Origin: Trueperaceae bacterium
Lineage (GTDB): Bacteria > Deinococcota > Deinococci > Deinococcales > Trueperaceae
Assembly: GCA_965213925.1 (NCBI GenBank)
Contig: OZ243927.1
Location: forward strand, 1,856,001-1,920,000
Direction: 5' to 3'
DNA: 64,000 nucleotides
Below, piece after piece: positions 61,016 through 64,000 of this stretch. The notes under the pieces are model-generated. The model did no database searches. It saw only the letters and a list, made by a program, of their open reading frames with translations, and was not told the DNA's origin. Both the position numbers and the translations under genes were made by a program. How positions within the stretch are numbered: position 1 is the stretch's first letter; every line of letters starts with the position of its first letter.

Positions 61016-61094
61016 CGCGGCGATGTGTAAATTTAGGGGTTGCTAACCCCTCCGTAACTCTGTTAAACTACTTGTCGCTCTGAGGAGCGCGTAT

Positions 61095-61169
61095 TCCGCG
61101 GTAGCTCAGTGGTAGAGCGACCGGCTGTTAACCGGTTGGTCGTAGGTTCGAATCCTACCCGCGGAGCCA
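61095..61169 (+). tRNA. tRNA-Asn (anticodon GTT)
   Basis: TCCGCGG stem, TAGCTCAG D-arm, CTGTTAA loop, GGTTCGAATCC, CCA end. Confidence 0.97.
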
Positions 61170-61173
61170 CTTT

Positions 61174-61214
61174 AGACCTCGTTTCGAGCTTAAAAACTCG
61201 AGGCGGGGTCTTTT
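61174..61214 (+). terminator. Terminator after tRNA-Asn
   Basis: AGACCTCGTTTCGAG/CTCGAGGCGGGGTCT stem followed by TTTT. Confidence 0.75.
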
Positions 61215-61239
61215 CCTTTACGCCCGTTATACTCTTCCT

Positions 61240-62586
61240 ATGTCTGACCTCTTCTCCCTCACGCTAAGCGAGCTGGCGAGCGCCTACCGCACAGGTGAAC
61301 TCACCGCCGTACGGGTCACCGAAGCTTATTTAGAGAAGCTCGAGCCCAGCCCCATCTACCGCCTCATCACCGAGGAGCGAGCCTTCGCGCAAGCTAAACG
61401 CGCAGATGAAGCGTTCGCAAGAGGTGAAGATAACGGACCCCTCCAGGGCGTGCCGATCGCGCTCAAAGATCTCATGGATACGGAGGGAGAAGTTACGGCG
61501 GCGGGCTCTACGGTTTTAGCAAAGAACCCGCCTGCCGCGCAGGATTGTCCAGCGGCGGCGCGCTTGGACGAGGCGGGCGCAGTGTTTTTAGGCAAAACGA
61601 ACATGACGGAGTTCGCGTTTTCCGGTCTGGGTTTGAACCCGCACTACGGCACGCCAGGCAACGCTTTAGACTCGGCGCGCGTCCCTGGCGGCTCCTCTTC
61701 GGGCTCGGCGGTGGCGGTGGCGAAAGGTCTGGCGGTCGCTGCGATCGGCTCGGATACGGGCGGCTCGGTGCGGATTCCGGCGGCGTTCAATGGGCTCGTC
61801 GGACTCAAAACGACGGACGGCGCGGTTCCCGTAGAGGGCTGCGTGCCGCTCTCCACCACGCTCGACACGCTCGGACCGATCACCAAAACGGTAGAGGATG
61901 CCTGGCACGTGTGGCGCGTGCTCGCGGGGCAGCCTGCGGCGGCATTTATGCCTCGAGAGGTGACAGGGCTCAGACTCCTAGCGCCCACCACGGTGTTACA
62001 AGAAGATTTAGACTCCGCAGTGAAAGAAGCGTTCGAGCAAGGGTGTGAGAGGTTAGAAGCGCTAGGCGCAACGGTCGAATATTGTGAAATGCCCGTTATA
62101 GATGAAATCGGCAAGGCGCGTGCGCGCTACGGCTCGTTTGCGGGGCTCGAGTCTCTCGCTCTATACGAAGACCTGATAGGGCGCGAAGGCAACCAGATAG
62201 ACCCCCGCGTCACCTCACGTATCTTGAAGCAAAGAGGTAAGCAGGCGACAGATTACATCCGCCTAACTTACGCGAGAAGGAGGATTCAAGCCACCTTCTG
62301 GGAAACGTGCGCTTCATTTGATGCGGTGCTCGCGCCCACCGTCGCTGTGCTGCCTCCGAGAATCGGTGACCTGGAGGACGACGCACGCTACTTCGAAGCG
62401 AACAGCCGCGTGCTGCGCAACACCTCGGTGTTCAACTTTCTAGGTACGCCCGCCGTGAGCGTTCCTTGTAGTACGTCACCGGAGGGCTTATCGGTTGGGT
62501 TGACGATCGTAGCGAGACCTCATGAAGAGCACTTGGCGCTCTCGGTAGCGCAGGCGGTGGAAGCGGATTTTAGGGGAGAGGGTTGA
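61240..62586 (+). CDS. Amidase signature family enzyme
   Basis: PIALKD, PGGSSSGS and GSDTGGSVR motifs. Confidence 0.93.
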   Translation: MSDLFSLTLSELASAYRTGELTAVRVTEAYLEKLEPSPIYRLITEERAFAQAKRADEAFARGEDNGPLQGVPIALKDLMDTEGEVTAAGSTVLAKNPPAAQDCPAAARLDEAGAVFLGKTNMTEFAFSGLGLNPHYGTPGNALDSARVPGGSSSGSAVAVAKGLAVAAIGSDTGGSVRIPAAFNGLVGLKTTDGAVPVEGCVPLSTTLDTLGPITKTVEDAWHVWRVLAGQPAAAFMPREVTGLRLLAPTTVLQEDLDSAVKEAFEQGCERLEALGATVEYCEMPVIDEIGKARARYGSFAGLESLALYEDLIGREGNQIDPRVTSRILKQRGKQATDYIRLTYARRRIQATFWETCASFDAVLAPTVAVLPPRIGDLEDDARYFEANSRVLRNTSVFNFLGTPAVSVPCSTSPEGLSVGLTIVARPHEEHLALSVAQAVEADFRGEG

Positions 62587-62662
62587 GCAATACGAGCCAA
62601 AAAGAAGAACAGATGCCCGAAAACACCTGCTCGTTGCTGGTTAGTTGTTTGGGTACTCGAGC

Positions 62663-63097
62663 CTAATCGCTCCGCCGCGTCACTAAAACCGCGGCTAAGA
62701 TGATGAGGCTGACACCGATAGCGGGCAAGAGCCAGCTCGGACCCGTCGAGGAGGCGAGCCTGAACGCCGCACGCTTGTTCGCCAACGTAACGCTGTCCAC
62801 GCGCCCAAAACCGGGAACCGTGTAGCCTCGTCCGCCCGCGCCTTCGCCCAGAATGAAAAGAGGTCCGCTTCTATCCGCGACCTCAACGGTAAGCCCCTCT
62901 CTAGCTAGCATCGCCGGGACTTCTGTCGGCGTAAAAGAGGCTCCAGCACGTTTCAAATTGGGTAACGAAACCTGCAAAAACTTGCGCAGCGTGCGAGCCT
63001 CTTCGACCTGCAGACGCATGTGACGACCCGCGCCCGTGAACTTGGCACGCTGACCGTCTATCTCGAGGTCTAAATCGGCTATGACGCGGCGCGACAT
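62663..63097 (-). CDS. Hypothetical protein with C-terminal TM anchor
   Basis: 144-aa ORF 3 bp downstream of the 63101-63334 gene. Confidence 0.7.
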   Translation of the reverse strand: MSRRVIADLDLEIDGQRAKFTGAGRHMRLQVEEARTLRKFLQVSLPNLKRAGASFTPTEVPAMLAREGLTVEVADRSGPLFILGEGAGGRGYTVPGFGRVDSVTLANKRAAFRLASSTGPSWLLPAIGVSLIILAAVLVTRRSD

Positions 63098-63100
63098 CGC

Positions 63101-63334
63101 TTATTGTCCAGGTTCGGAGGTGGTGACGCGGATGGTGCCGTCCATCTTCCAGACTGCGCGGGGCGAGTTAGGTCCGGTATCGCGGGGCACCTCGACAGTC
63201 ATCTTGTCGAATTCGTAGGTGATTGTCGCGTTGCGACCGGTCAGCCGCTCGTAAAGCGCCATCCCTAAGTCCACAAAGGTGACGCGCTCCTTGTCCTCGA
63301 TGTTGGTTGAGTTGGTCAGTTTGGTGTCGGCCAT
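63101..63334 (-). CDS. Small hypothetical protein
   Basis: LYERLTGRNATITYEF motif; AAAGGCGG SD-like sequence. Confidence 0.75.
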   Translation of the reverse strand: MADTKLTNSTNIEDKERVTFVDLGMALYERLTGRNATITYEFDKMTVEVPRDTGPNSPRAVWKMDGTIRVTTSEPGQ

Positions 63335-63395
63335 ATATTATCCGCCTTTCTATTTGCTTAGCTCTACGCTACGCGAAAGTGGTTAGGTAGACCGT

Positions 63396-63545
63396 AAGCT
63401 GCGCTAAAGCTACGCTTCGGGGTAACTGCCAGGCTACGCCAAGGATTCCCACAAAGCTGCGCTAAAGCTACGCCTAAGGATGACTGCCAGGCTGCGCCGA
63501 GGATTCCCCAAAAATTCTCGGCAAAGCCACGCTAAGGATTACCTG
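63396..63545. repeat. Degenerate 58-bp tandem repeat (about 2.6 units)
   Basis: AAGCTGCGCTAAAGCTACGC...ACTGCCAGGCTRCGCCRAGGATTCCC at 63396 and 63454, partial third unit. Confidence 0.85.
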
Positions 63546-63611
63546 AAAAGGGGTGAAGCTGCACTTGGAGATTGAGCATCCTCTAGGGTGTTTGGGACGG
63601 AGACCTACTGA

Positions 63612-64000
63612 TTAAATCCCGGTCCTTTGAGGCGCGTTGATAAGTGCCGGATTCACGTCGGCGTCTCTGTCGTCTCTACGAATAAGACGCGCCGCCGCAA
63701 GCAAGCCGATGACCGTTTTAGCGAGAATATCCGCGAAGACAATCTCGCCCATCTGCGCTACGCTCAAGGTTCCTGCGAAAGCGATGACGGTGAAGGTGAC
63801 GGAGTCAATCGGGATGCTGACCGCGTTCGAGGTGACGACGCGGGTCAGCCAACGCCTCGAGATAAAGCGCTGATAGACCTCTGTGTCCGCCGCTTCCGCG
63901 AGAACGATGGCGAGAAAGCCCGCCAAGAGAAAGCGGAGCGGAATTCCCAAATAAAAGCTCAGCAGCATGTTCGTGACCGCCGCGACGAAAATCATCAGGT
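63612..64000 (-). CDS. VUT family (YhhQ-like queuosine precursor) transporter, 3' part
   Basis: AEAADTEVY, SNAVSIPIDS and IAFAG motifs; runs off the window edge. Confidence 0.8.
   Translation of the reverse strand, partial: LMIFVAAVTNMLLSFYLGIPLRFLLAGFLAIVLAEAADTEVYQRFISRRWLTRVVTSNAVSIPIDSVTFTVIAFAGTLSVAQMGEIVFADILAKTVIGLLAAARLIRRDDRDADVNPALINAPQRTGI

Noticed and set aside
63396..63545. Possible CRISPR array
   Set aside because: Units are contiguous and degenerate, with no unique spacers and no cas genes in the window

Overview
A GC-rich bacterial chromosome segment, most likely Deinococcota (Trueperaceae-like). This assignment is inferred from an SlpA-type SLH/beta-barrel S-layer gene, Uma2 endonucleases, mglBA, BrxC and many leaderless genes. 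It is mostly housekeeping and metabolic: glgX, fba, clpB, acetoacetate-CoA ligase, glgP, nfo, a galT-like gene, thiN, fabH, azlCD, lysS, greA, tRNA-Ser(GGA) and tRNA-Asn(GTT). Accessory content includes one IS630 element with a -1 frameshift, a toxin-antitoxin cluster downstream of clpB with a decaying duplicate, a second TA pair, an orphan MazF, isolated low-GC orphan genes and an AraC-linked hydrolase operon. No CRISPR array, prophage or clear large novel defence system was seen. The most unusual structure is non-coding: three families of small dispersed inverted-repeat elements (13 copies, two families with nested sub-modules), strong over-representation of the palindrome CTCGAG, a 58-bp tandem repeat and a dif-like site. 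One protein oddity stands out, a BrxC fused to a colicin-D-immunity-like domain. About five genes carry 1-bp frameshifts that may be assembly errors. All family assignments are by motif recognition without database searches.
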